NCBI GenBank assembly: GCA_963708295.1
Contig: CAVPSJ010000017.1
Span: 320,001-384,000 of the forward strand
DNA from: an uncultured delta proteobacterium
Lineage (GTDB): Bacteria; Desulfobacterota; BSN033; UBA1163
Direction of reading: 5' to 3'
DNA: 64,000 nt
Position numbers and translations under genes: made by a program. Every line of letters begins with the position of its first letter. The first letter of the stretch is position 1. Below, in pieces: positions 36,822 to 46,930 of the stretch. The notes under the pieces are model-generated. The model was not told the DNA's origin. It searched no databases and worked only from the letters and a program-made list of their open reading frames with translations.

Positions 36822-39415
36822 CCCGTGGCCCTCCCAAAGCCTAACACTCGGTAGATCTCTCCATCTTCAGACTTTTCCGGACCACCTCTGCCAATCGCTC
36901 GAAGGCTGGTTCCAGGTCGTAGACGGCGCAGACCTTACCAATCGGCTGCAAGATTTCGCCGGACTCTCAGGCGGTCGATGAACCATCTTCGAAATTCATC
37001 TGAATCGAAGATTCCATGGAGATACGTGCCCCAGACATGACCCATTTTTGCTTCTGCTCCGATGATCTGTCCGTCTTCCCGAACGACAAGAGGGATCAAC
37101 GGCGTTCCCTCGGTCTGACCGTGATGGATTTCGTATCCCCGAACTTTGAGCCTGGAGGGCAGATGGGTTCCTTCGGCCCGGACAAGGGTCTTCTGTTGGG
37201 CCATCACCGTACAGACAGGCATGAGACCGAGTCCATGAATCGTTTTTTTTGCAGACTCGATTCCGTAAGGATCCTCCACGCGATGGCCGAGCATCTGAAA
37301 GCCGCCGCAGATGCCCACGACTTCTGTCCGGCCCTTGTCAGACAGAGCAGGAATCTTTCGGTCCAGTCCGCTTTGACGGAGGTATTCCAGGTCCCCCATC
37401 ACATTCTTGCTTCCCGGAAGAATGATGGCATCGGGGTGATCGAGATCGTTGGTTGATCGGACGATGCGGAGAGAGACATCGGGTTCGATTCTGAGGGAAT
37501 CGAAATCGGTGAAGTTCGATATGTGGGGAAGGTCAATGACGGCGATTTCGATTCCACTCTCCCGGAAAGGTCCGTCAAAAGCGCCGCTCTTGAATTCAAC
37601 CGAGTCCTCCTCGGGCAGTCCGAGATCACGGAGATACGGAACGATCCCGAAAGAGAGCCCGGTGTGATCGTGTGTATAATCGATCGCCGGGCCGAGAAGA
37701 TCCTCCTTCCCCCGGAATCGATTGATCACAAAACCTGCGATCTGTTTTCTTTCCCACTCAGCCAAAACTTCCATCGTTCCCACAAAGGAGGCAAAAACGC
37801 CTCCCCGGTCGATATCGCCGACGAAAAGAACGGGCGCCTCTGCATATCGGGCCATCTTCATGTTCACGATGTCATGGTCTTTCAAGTTGACTTCTCCAGG
37901 ACTTCCCGCTCCTTCCAGGACGATCACGTCGAACTCCTTCGCCAGGCAATCGTAAGCTTCTTTTACCTCGGCAAAGGCGATGGGTTTGTACTGGATGTAC
38001 TGATGGACGTTCATATTCCCCACAGGCCTTCCCAGGACAATCACTTGAGCTCCCGTGTCATCATTGGGTTTGAGAAGGATGGGATTCATTCGAACGTCCG
38101 GATCGATCCGGCATGCCTGGGCCTGAACAACCTGGGCTCGACCCATCTCGCCGCCTTCCCGGGTGACAAAGGAGTTGAGCGACATGTTCTGGGCTTTGAA
38201 GGGGGCGACCCGGTATCCGTCCTGCAGGAGGATCCGGCACAGGGCAGCTGCCAGGATGCTCTTGCCCGCGTTGGAACTGGTTCCTTGAAACATGACGGCC
38301 GGAGTCTTTCGGCGATCCAATCGAGGGGACAGCTGAACTTTCAACGCCTTTCTCAAAGCGTGAAGGAGCCTGAGATTCTCATCCTCGCTCCTGACCGCAA
38401 TGCGAAAGAATCTTCCGTCCAAGCCATCGAAATTATCGCAGACGCGAATGGCAATTCCCGAAGCGAGCATCTGTCTTGCCAGAGTCGGCCCATCCGCATC
38501 TCGACGATCCAGGCGAGCCAGCAAAAAGTTGGCTTGGCCGGAGAAGACGGTCAGACCGGATAGGGAATGCATTTCGTTGAAGAGGAATTCCCTTTGCTCT
38601 CGAACCAGTGCCCTGGTCCGGAGGGCATAGGCATGATCCTGGAGGGCATGCTCTCCGACTGCCTGAGCAAGGCGGTTGACCGACCAGAGGGGCATGATCT
38701 TCTTAATCTTTTGGATGAGGTCGGGTTCGGCAATGGCAAATCCCAGTCTCAAACCAGGAATGGCATAAAACTTAGTCAGAGAACGGAGGACGATGACGTT
38801 TGAGGGCCGGTCGCAAATCAGACTCTCCGCTTCTTCCACGAAATCGAGGAAAGCTTCGTCAATGACAAAAAAGGTGGAAGGATATTTTAGTGCCAGGGTT
38901 CGTAACGCAACGGGATCGATCAGCAGACCGGTCGGGTTATTGGGCTGCCCGATAAAAACCAACTGGCCGGCGGAGATTTCCTTATTGAGAAAAGAGAGGT
39001 TGAGCTGAAAGCCTTCTTCCTCTTTAAGGAAGATCTTTTCCACAGGCTTGCCTGCCAGTTCGACTGCATTCACATAGTCAGAATAAGAAGGGACCGGAAT
39101 GAGAGCGTGATCAATGGGCAGGGCGAAGGGCAGCGAACGGATGATCTCCGTCGACCCGTTTCCCACAAGAACCTCTTCTTCTTTTACTCCATAGTGACTG
39201 GAAATCGAAGCTCTCAAGGAAGAAGAGTCTGGATCGGGGTAATGAACGATAGAACTCAATCGGCTGCTGATCAGTGGGCGAAGCCAATCCGGAGGGCCGA
39301 GAGGATTGATATTCGCCGAGAAGTCGAGGAGATCCTCTGGAGATCGGCCAGCCTCCAGGGCCAGCCTTCTTATATTGCCGCCATGCTCGTGATGTCTAGG
39401 ATTTGTGAGGGACAT
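36818..39415 (-). CDS. cobQ: CobD (threonine-phosphate decarboxylase)-CobQ/CbiP (cobyric acid synthase) fusion; compensating +1/-1 indels near the C-terminus
   Basis: [32 protein letters not shown]; then [39 protein letters not shown] and GTYLHG; [15 protein letters not shown] lies in the shifted frame. Confidence 0.92.
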
Positions 39416-39428
39416 TTTTCGGTCGATC

Positions 39429-39462
39429 AAAAAAAAACCCAGCCTTCGCATTGAAGACTGGG
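39429..39462 (-). terminator. Intrinsic terminator (riboswitch expression platform)
   Basis: Minus strand CCCAGTCTTC-AATGC-GAAGGCTGGG-TTTTTTTTT, just upstream of cobD-cobQ. Confidence 0.85.
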
Positions 39463-39520
39463 GATTCTACCCGCATGCACCCATCACAGCCTTGTCCTCG
39501 AAGACTTTTATGAAGAATAC

Positions 39521-39688
39521 CCAGGCAGGTTTTCTGACTCTCGGATCTCCCTATTCCTTGCGCCTTCCCACCCTTCGACAAGCTCCGGGCAGTGGCTCAT
39601 TGCAAGTTTCGTCCCCGATTACAGCGGCGGGCCCGTCCCCGATTTCTCCCTTCAAGATAGGGTCACGGGGTTCCCTTCACCTGGATAT
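39521..39688 (-). ncRNA. Cobalamin (AdoCbl) riboswitch
   Basis: AGGTG..AAGGGAA-CCCCGTG..AATCGGGGAC-GGGCCCGCCGCTGTAA..AGCCACTG..TGGGAAGGC..GAGTCAGAAAACCTGCC (B12 box), upstream of the cob operon. Confidence 0.93.
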
Positions 39689-40155
39689 CACAACCTATAA
39701 AACCTTTTTAACAAATCGGAAAAAGGTCTGTCAAGTTGTTTTGTGGAGGTCTACGAATGAGTTCAAGGATCTCAGGCACCATGGGTCTACATGGGTCAGA
39801 GATTGATTCTAAAATGGTTCGACCGCCAGATAGAGGAACTGTGCCATCATTAGTAACCTTCTCATAATAATAATGGCGGCATTGTTTTATAAAATTCCTC
39901 CTCACCTCCCTTTGCCTGTCTAAGGACAGGAAAATGATACCAAAGGGAGGAACAGTACCCCTCTTTGGCAAAGAGGGGCGAGGGGAGATTTTAATAATAA
40001 CTCTATTATGATTGCTGAGGAACCTGATCCCGCCAGGGCGGGATTCCGTCCGGCAACAGACGTGATCGCTCATTCATTGTGACGCAATCTCTAGGGGACG
40101 GGATGTGGGAGAGAGGATGCGATCGGTCCATTGATCCCGGGTTCAATCGAATCTC

Positions 40156-41145
40156 TTAATCCGGATGGAAGCGGAACCCCATCTCAAGGGTAGGATCGCT
40201 AAATTCTTTAGGGATGGGGGGCAAAGGTTCTGCCTTCTTGATGGCCCGCATCGCTCTTTGATCAAAAAGCGTATTGCCGGATTTTCTCTCGAACCAGGAT
40301 TTTTGAATTTTACCCTCCCGGTCGATGACGACCACAATCGTTGCTTCCAGGGTCGTCCTTCCTTTAGGAAGGTTCTCCGGCAGGGTCCATTCCTTTTTAA
40401 TCTTTGCCCATATCGAATCGTAGTAATCGTTCAGCCTCGATTGCAGTCCCGAGCCCCCTCCAGACGAAGAGCCCCAAGGAGATCCTCCTGTTGGAGAACC
40501 CACCGATCCGGTTCCGGTTCCTGATCCCGCTCCTGTCCCGGATCCGGAGGCAATCGCCCCCTGGGATAGAGGACCGGCGGAAGCCTCCCTTGCCGGTTCC
40601 TTCTCCAACGCCTCACGACGGCCTATTTTTTTCTTAATCTCGTCAAGGGCCGCCTTCCTACGAATATTCTCCAGTTCTTCGTGAAGATTTTTTAGAGAAT
40701 CCTTTTGTTTTTCAGAGAGATCCTCCTGCTCAACCGTTGCCACTTTCTTTTCTGATTTTTTCAGAGGCGATTTCAATCCTTCTACGGTATTGCGGCCCTT
40801 TTGGTTTTCGGCGGGTTTTGTTTTTTCGGCAGGTTTTGTCTTTTCAACGACTGTCTTTTGAATCGGCGGGGCAGTAGGCGGACTGGTTGCGGCAGGTCCC
40901 GGACGCTCCGATCGCGGGCTGCCCAGAGGGGAACCATCCCCCTGAGGCGCAAAGGGTCGAATGGTTACCCGATAAACAGGCTTCATTTTTGTCATCGTAG
41001 GCTTCAGGCCGATCGTCAGGAGAGTGATGAGGGTAATATGAAGCAACAGTGAGAAAATTCCCGCTGCCCACAATCCGCCCTTTTCAGGAGAAGCAGGGTG
41101 ATGCAAAAGATGATGCCGTCGAGCGCCTTCTTTGCGTCTTCTCAT
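40156..41145 (-). CDS. TonB/TolA-family energy transducer
   Basis: N-terminal TM with SLLLH; Pro/Lys/Gly-rich linker; C-terminal YYDSIWAKIKKEW...SGNTLFDQRAMRAI..A.PLPP.P. Confidence 0.85.
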   Translation of the reverse strand: MRRRKEGARRHHLLHHPASPEKGGLWAAGIFSLLLHITLITLLTIGLKPTMTKMKPVYRVTIRPFAPQGDGSPLGSPRSERPGPAATSPPTAPPIQKTVVEKTKPAEKTKPAENQKGRNTVEGLKSPLKKSEKKVATVEQEDLSEKQKDSLKNLHEELENIRRKAALDEIKKKIGRREALEKEPAREASAGPLSQGAIASGSGTGAGSGTGTGSVGSPTGGSPWGSSSGGGSGLQSRLNDYYDSIWAKIKKEWTLPENLPKGRTTLEATIVVVIDREGKIQKSWFERKSGNTLFDQRAMRAIKKAEPLPPIPKEFSDPTLEMGFRFHPD

Positions 41146-41543
41146 TTCTTCAACTCAATCCCCAAGCCCGGGTTCTTTACTCCTGATTGGGTTAAGACAT
41201 CCATGACCTGGATCACGGCATCGTATCTGACGTTTTTGTCCCCGTTAATAATGACAGAAGTGTCCGGTTTATTTTTCACCCTGGCCGTCAGCCTATATTT
41301 GAGTGTCTCTAAATCGAGCTTCGCATCCTCCAGGAAGACCTCGCCTTGGGCGTTAATATGGATCATGATGTCTCGCTGCGACTCTTCCGACTTGGAAGCC
41401 TTGGGCAGCTGGACTTTTACGCTTGACTGATAGATGAAGGGGGTCGCGATCATGAAGATAATTAACAACACCAAGACCACATCTGTAAAGGGGGTGATAT
41501 TGATTTCTGCTATGAGTTTGGAACTTCTTCTTTCTCTCTTCAT
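41142..41543 (-). CDS. exbD: ExbD/TolR biopolymer transport protein
   Basis: AEINITPFTDVVLVLLIIFMIATP, QLPKA, INGDKNVRY. Confidence 0.88.
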   Translation of the reverse strand: MKRERRSSKLIAEINITPFTDVVLVLLIIFMIATPFIYQSSVKVQLPKASKSEESQRDIMIHINAQGEVFLEDAKLDLETLKYRLTARVKNKPDTSVIINGDKNVRYDAVIQVMDVLTQSGVKNPGLGIELKK

Positions 41544-41544
41544 G

Positions 41545-42171
41545 CTATTTCCTTCCTCCGATCAAGTCGCCTAACTCGGAGGCACAAAGTTCCATATCAT
41601 TGATAAAACGGTCAACTCTTTTCATGAAATAATTGTAGGCGATCACTGCCGGGATAGCCACCAATAACCCCATGGCCGTGCAGACCAGCGCCTCGGCTAC
41701 GCCTCCGATGACGATGCTCATGCCGCCGGCTCCGGCAGCGGCAATGTCATGAAATGCCCTGATGATCCCCAAGACTGTTCCGAAGAGCCCGATGTAGACA
41801 GCCGTGTTTCCGATCGTTCCCACAATACTGGTAAAACGTTCCAGTCTTATCGTTTCGATGGTAATCTCGCGATCCATGGCGTTGGATATCTCTGTTTCAA
41901 CGCGACCATGGAGCCCCAGTCCGGAGAAGACCACCCTGGAGAACGGAGCATTCGATGTCCTGCAGATTTCCTTGGCCATTTCAACATTGCCGCCATTCAA
42001 TGACCTTTTGATCCTTGTCATGAATTCCGTTCTTTTGGTTTTTGAGCGTTTTCTATAATAAATGATCCGTTCCAGGAGAATGGTGATGGACAAGATAGAG
42101 CAGAAGAGCAAGATATACATCGTGAACCCGCCTAAATGGATTATTTCCCAGATTGTTTTTCCTGCAAACAT
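41545..42171 (-). CDS. exbB: ExbB/TolQ proton channel
   Basis: TIGNTAVYIGLFGTVLGII.AF and GVAEALVCTAMGLLVAIPAVIAYN. Confidence 0.88.
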   Translation of the reverse strand: MFAGKTIWEIIHLGGFTMYILLFCSILSITILLERIIYYRKRSKTKRTEFMTRIKRSLNGGNVEMAKEICRTSNAPFSRVVFSGLGLHGRVETEISNAMDREITIETIRLERFTSIVGTIGNTAVYIGLFGTVLGIIRAFHDIAAAGAGGMSIVIGGVAEALVCTAMGLLVAIPAVIAYNYFMKRVDRFINDMELCASELGDLIGGRK

Positions 42172-42223
42172 CTTGTTCCTCCTTTAGAAATGCTGCATTC
42201 CAGCGGTCGAGGGGATCACAGAT

Positions 42224-42535
42224 CCTTTGTCCATCAATATTACTTATCTGCCTGGATTTGGCAAGGACTATTGCTCCTTGGCCACCCTCCAGTTTTTCCT
42301 TGCCCGCCGTCGGGGGAAATCCCTTCCGAGGCTTCATAAGGCCTGCGTTGAGGTAACCGGGATGAGGCTCTGAATGACATTCAACCCTATTCTCCCTCCT
42401 TGATGCTCATGCAGCCAAACTCTTAAGGGGTAGGGCCGATGAAACCTCTTCAGGGATCCACCCCGATGGCGGGCACGCTTCCTGGAAAATGTTCTCCTGT
42501 CAATCAGGACATCAAGGGGCAGGACACAGAGGGGG
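42224..42535 (-). ncRNA. Candidate structured RNA of unknown family
   Basis: Nested long-range complementary segments plus two side hairpins; see findings. Confidence 0.5.
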
Positions 42536-42740
42536 CGGGTTGGAGAAGCTTTAGGGCGGCCACCTTTTAAGCGATCTCGGTAAGGAGTTTCAGATTCTTA
42601 GCAAGCCTTAATTCTTGATACCGACGAAGTCCCCCGCAACATCCGATCATAGCCGTATCCTAAAGGTTCGAGAATTTGCCCCCCTGTGTCGACCGCCATT
42701 CTGCATACCGCAGGGAGAACTGGGGTGGGCAGGCTATTGT

Positions 42741-43670
42741 TCAGGATGGCGTCATGAATGGTTGAATTTTTTCAAGGGTAGGAATCCCTCTTCTTCCACC
42801 GAGGTCAAGGCATTTAAGGGCTGCCACGGCATTGGCAAACCTCAACGTTTTTTCGACCTCCCAATTCTGGAGGAGGCCGTAAATGAACCCTCCATGGAAG
42901 ACATCGCCTGCGCCGGTGGTATCTAAGGCCTTTACGTTGAACCCTTCAGAGTATAGGAGTTCTCCGTTGACCCAGGCCATGGCGCCCGAAGGACCCAATG
43001 TGGCGCAGAGGAATCCAGGAGCCTGTTTTCGAAGTTCGAGGAAAGCCTCCCTTTGATCCGAAATCCCGGTGTAGAGGGTTGGAAAGCGTGAAGAGGTGAT
43101 CAGGAAGTCAATCTCTTTAATCAGCTCAGAAGTGAAAGGTTCTACTTTATCGAGGTCGGCAACGGTTGGAATGTGTTCCTCCTTTGCCCACCTCGCACAC
43201 TGGATGGCAGCGCGGATATCGTGCCCATCCAGATGGAGGAGTCTTCCGCAGCATACCTCTTCTTTCCGAAGTTCTCCTTCGCGATACATCAATCGGTCGT
43301 CCCGATTCCAGAGGATGGTGCGGTCTCCAGTTGAGCCGTCCACAATGATCATGGAAAACTGGTTTATGGCGGTGGGCTCGGTTTTCACCGAAGAGACATC
43401 CACTCCTTCCTGGCGAATGGATTGGAGAGAGAATTTTCCCAATTCATCGGTACCTACTTTTCCAATGTATTTTGTTTTTGCGCCCCACCGGCTTAAGGCC
43501 ACTAGGGCGGTGGCCACCTGACCTCCGCCTTGTTTCGAGAAGTCGAGCATTTTCATTTTTGAATTTGGAGCGGGGAATTCCGGAACCAAGGTGAGGAAAT
43601 CTACAGAATTGAGGCCCATCCCCACCACGTCATAGGGCTTGTCTGTGGGGAGGGAAGGATTGAATTGCAT
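42741..43670 (-). CDS. PfkB-family carbohydrate kinase
   Basis: GGGQVATALVALSRWG, GKVGTDELG, DTTGAGDVFHGG. Confidence 0.9.
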   Translation of the reverse strand: MQFNPSLPTDKPYDVVGMGLNSVDFLTLVPEFPAPNSKMKMLDFSKQGGGQVATALVALSRWGAKTKYIGKVGTDELGKFSLQSIRQEGVDVSSVKTEPTAINQFSMIIVDGSTGDRTILWNRDDRLMYREGELRKEEVCCGRLLHLDGHDIRAAIQCARWAKEEHIPTVADLDKVEPFTSELIKEIDFLITSSRFPTLYTGISDQREAFLELRKQAPGFLCATLGPSGAMAWVNGELLYSEGFNVKALDTTGAGDVFHGGFIYGLLQNWEVEKTLRFANAVAALKCLDLGGRRGIPTLEKIQPFMTPS

Positions 43671-43692
43671 GCCTTTATCAAGAAGTCTCTAG

Positions 43693-45045
43693 CTATTGAC
43701 CAATGATATCCTTTATAACGTCAGCAATCTGCCGGCAGTACTTCTCCGTGAGCTGGTGGGTTGGTCCCTCTACCATGATGCGACACATATTTTGAGTACC
43801 CGAATATCGCACGAGAACCCGACCATCATCGCGCAGCTCAGACTCTACCTGTTTGATCACCTCCATGACTTTTGGCAATGTAGAAATGTCCGGTTTGCTC
43901 CTGACGTCCACGTTGATCAGTTTCTGCGGGTAGATCTCCATCATTTTCGAGAGTTCTGACAAAGGTTTACCAGCTTCAACCATGGCCGCGATCAGTTGCA
44001 TCGCGGTAACAATCCCGTCCCCCGTTGTGTGGTGATCGAGGAAAATCATATGACCGGCGTCCTCTCCGCCCATGATCGCTCCCAAGCGGACCATATCCTC
44101 CAATACATAACGATCTCCTACGTTCGAAACATGGTGTTTAATGCCATGCTTCTTGCAAGCCACCTTTAGCCCAAGATTGCTCATCACGGTGCTCACGAGC
44201 AGATCGTTCTTTAGCTTCCCCTTTTCCTTGAGGGTTCGGGCACAGATGATCAGGACCTGATCGCCGGAGATTTCCTGTCCTTTCTCATCCACAGCAATCA
44301 GCCTGTCCCCGTCACCATCAAAAGCGAGTCCAACATCCGCTCTCGCCTCCACCACCCGTTTCCTAAGATCCTGAGTATATAGAGATCCACAACGATCATT
44401 GATATTGAGACCGTTGGGGTTATTGTGGATGACCTCCACGTTGGCACCCAGCTCGAAGAATGTGTCCGGAGCAATTTTGTAGGTGGCCCCATTCGCTGTA
44501 TCGAGGACAATCTTGATCCCCTCCATCGTTAGATCCCGGGGGAAAGTATTTTTCAGGAATACAATGTAACGACCGTGCACATCCTCCAACCGGTAAGCCT
44601 GCCCCATTTCCCTAACGGGTGGAACCATCTGAGGCAATTTATTGGCGAGAATGAGCTTTTCGATCTCTGCTTCCTCATCGTCAGAGAGTTTGAAGCCGTT
44701 GCCGGAAAAAATTTTGATTCCATTATCCTGATAGGGGTTGTGGGATGCAGAGATCACGATACCCGCATCCGCCCGCATGCTCTGCGTTATGAAGGCGATG
44801 CCCGGCGTGGGAAGCACTCCCACCAGATAAGGGTATCCACCCATCGAAGTGATACCGGACTCCAGAGAACTTTCAAGCATATAGCCTGAAATGCGAGTGT
44901 CCTTGCCGATAATGATCCTGGTCCTGTGATTCGGTTTTTTAAGCAGGTGAGCAATGGCTTGACCCACAGAGAAGGCGATCCCAGCATCCATAGGATATCG
45001 ATTTGCCTCTCCTCGTATCCCGTCCGTTCCAAACAGTTTCCCCAT
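43693..45045 (-). CDS. glmM: Phosphoglucosamine mutase
   Basis: LFGTDGIRG, GKDTRISG, VISASHNP, FDGDGDR, VRYSGT. Confidence 0.96.
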   Translation of the reverse strand: MGKLFGTDGIRGEANRYPMDAGIAFSVGQAIAHLLKKPNHRTRIIIGKDTRISGYMLESSLESGITSMGGYPYLVGVLPTPGIAFITQSMRADAGIVISASHNPYQDNGIKIFSGNGFKLSDDEEAEIEKLILANKLPQMVPPVREMGQAYRLEDVHGRYIVFLKNTFPRDLTMEGIKIVLDTANGATYKIAPDTFFELGANVEVIHNNPNGLNINDRCGSLYTQDLRKRVVEARADVGLAFDGDGDRLIAVDEKGQEISGDQVLIICARTLKEKGKLKNDLLVSTVMSNLGLKVACKKHGIKHHVSNVGDRYVLEDMVRLGAIMGGEDAGHMIFLDHHTTGDGIVTAMQLIAAMVEAGKPLSELSKMMEIYPQKLINVDVRSKPDISTLPKVMEVIKQVESELRDDGRVLVRYSGTQNMCRIMVEGPTHQLTEKYCRQIADVIKDIIGQ

Positions 45046-45057
45046 ACCTTCTCCTCC

Positions 45058-46329
45058 TCACGTAAGATTTGAACGATTTGTCTTAAACAGTTTCAACGAA
45101 GGCAAAGCCTTTCCTGCTTGATCACATATCACATGGACGATGGCATCGAGCCATTGGGTCCCGGCCGTTGAGACATCAGCGGGTAAACTCTGGATGACCT
45201 CGATGTAGTTGCCACCCCGCCTCTCCCAATGCTTTACGAATGCGTTGAGAAATTGGTTCCGCTTTTCCTCACCGGCAGTTTTCCCCGCGTCACTGGCCAA
45301 CAGTTCTTCAAATAATTTACCTTTTTCATAAAACTCCTGCTTCGCTCTTAGGATTTTGGCTCTGCCTTTTTCTTTATCAGAGGATCCAAGCATTTTGCCT
45401 GCCATATCTTTGAGCCGCTTCAGCCTCTCCTCTTTGGCTGTCTCAAGATTTTCCAGTATAGCTGTAAAAATCAGACGACCAAACTCCTCGTGTCCAAAGA
45501 ACATCTTTCGTACATGAAGATACCACTGCTCCAGAGCTATCAAATTTGCAAGATAAAGGATGTTGTTCTTAACGACGCGGGAAAGGCTTGGATAGGCCCT
45601 GGGAATGAGGTCAACCACCTTGCCCGAGTGACTCTTACTTACAATCAGTTGTTTCTCCATATCCACATCCTCACGGAGGACGGATCCAGCAGCGACGACG
45701 CTGCCGTAGCTCACCCGGAGAGGCCCAACCATGCCCCCCTGTCCCCCGAGGAAAATGGGTGGTTTGTTGAGCATGACACCGCGAGGGACATCACCGATTA
45801 AGGATGCAGTGGTCTTGTCTCCTTCCGGGGTAAAGTTAAAATGGATATAGGAGCTCCCAACTTCACTGTGGTCTTTGCGGCTTGTGCCTCCTGCCATAAG
45901 ACAGTCACAAAAATTGATAAGACTCCCAAGCGTAACGAAAGGGAATAGAATGGTATGTTTCAGGCCGACGCAGTGTGCGCCGTTCGCCTGTTCTTCCAGC
46001 AAGCACGCCTCGCGAACGTGGGCACCGAGTCCCATGTTCGCCTTTTCAAGGAAAACGGATTTTTTAAAGTATCCCCCCTTCAATTCTACCTTAATCCCAA
46101 GCTGGCAATCATCCACCGTGACAGGGGCTTCATAGCCAAGCTGGACCCCTGCGGAGATGACCGTCTTTTCCCCGTAAACCCGGCAACCCGGGTAGATCTT
46201 GACACCGTTGCCCGATATTTGATCGATATTGACTTCGTCGCCCACATCGATGGTGAGCGGGGTGGGAATATTCACCCCTTTTCTGATGAGTTGCTCAATT
46301 TTGTCATGAGAGAAAGGTTTTAGGTCCAC
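45058..46329 (-). CDS. Atypical GlmU-like hexapeptide-repeat protein lacking the uridyltransferase domain
   Basis: KGVNIP..IDV...IYPGCRVYG, HVREACLLEE, SLINFCDCLMAGGTS, GSSYIHFN, FLGGQGGMVGP; no LAAGxGTR motif. Confidence 0.7.
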   Translation of the reverse strand: MDLKPFSHDKIEQLIRKGVNIPTPLTIDVGDEVNIDQISGNGVKIYPGCRVYGEKTVISAGVQLGYEAPVTVDDCQLGIKVELKGGYFKKSVFLEKANMGLGAHVREACLLEEQANGAHCVGLKHTILFPFVTLGSLINFCDCLMAGGTSRKDHSEVGSSYIHFNFTPEGDKTTASLIGDVPRGVMLNKPPIFLGGQGGMVGPLRVSYGSVVAAGSVLREDVDMEKQLIVSKSHSGKVVDLIPRAYPSLSRVVKNNILYLANLIALEQWYLHVRKMFFGHEEFGRLIFTAILENLETAKEERLKRLKDMAGKMLGSSDKEKGRAKILRAKQEFYEKGKLFEELLASDAGKTAGEEKRNQFLNAFVKHWERRGGNYIEVIQSLPADVSTAGTQWLDAIVHVICDQAGKALPSLKLFKTNRSNLT

Positions 46330-46930
46330 CTTTTCCTCCTCAAATATCCCGGAAAGGATTTGACATAGCGATTCTATTTCTAAACCAACATCGAAGAAAT
46401 TTCAATCATTCATCGAAATCTTCCACGGCACATTCGGAGCATCGAATTTTCTCATGAGATTATCCTGGCATCTCTTCGCTGTTTTCTCACGAATATAAAG
46501 CCCATCCATGTCCCCGCCGGTTGTCCCTATTGATCCATTTTTGGGCGTATTTCTTTCAATACACTTATATTGAAGTATCAATCCTTATGCCAAAACCTCA
46601 CAATGACTCTAAGTTATTGTAACTATTTCGTTTCGCAGAATCGTGGAGACTTTAATGAAGGTCAGGGTGAAAGAGTTTTTCACAAAAATCCCGAACTGCC
46701 TTCCTAGGAATGCATCAAATGTCTTCTACGTCTCATGGGTTTCCAAATGAGACTCCTACGCACACTTCTTTCTCTTGGGTTTCATCGATATCCGATAGGA
46801 TGGGCATGGCATTCCCGTTTAGACATTCATCAGAATATCGTCCCCTTATCTTGATGGAATAAAGAGTGAAACGGGTGGCCTATTTCGAATGACCCTTCTG
46901 CCGATGATTCTATCCGAAATATTTGAAAGG

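Noticed and set aside
37523-38563. Long antisense ORFs (e.g. 37523-38563, 53336-54169, 58623-59513, 61469-62224)
   Set aside because: They are shadow frames opposite well-conserved GC-rich genes and show no recognisable motifs.
36291-39415. Possible CobD-CobQ-CobO triple fusion
   Set aside because: After correcting the two indels, cobQ ends at TGA 36818-36820, and cobO is in a different frame with its own GGAGG.
42287-42486. 6S, SRP, RNase P or tmRNA identity for the structured region
   Set aside because: No SRP GGAA-loop/AGCAG core, no GAGGAAAGTCC, no tRNA-like ends, and no symmetric 6S bubble or zapA/ygfA context. Kept as an unknown RNA candidate.
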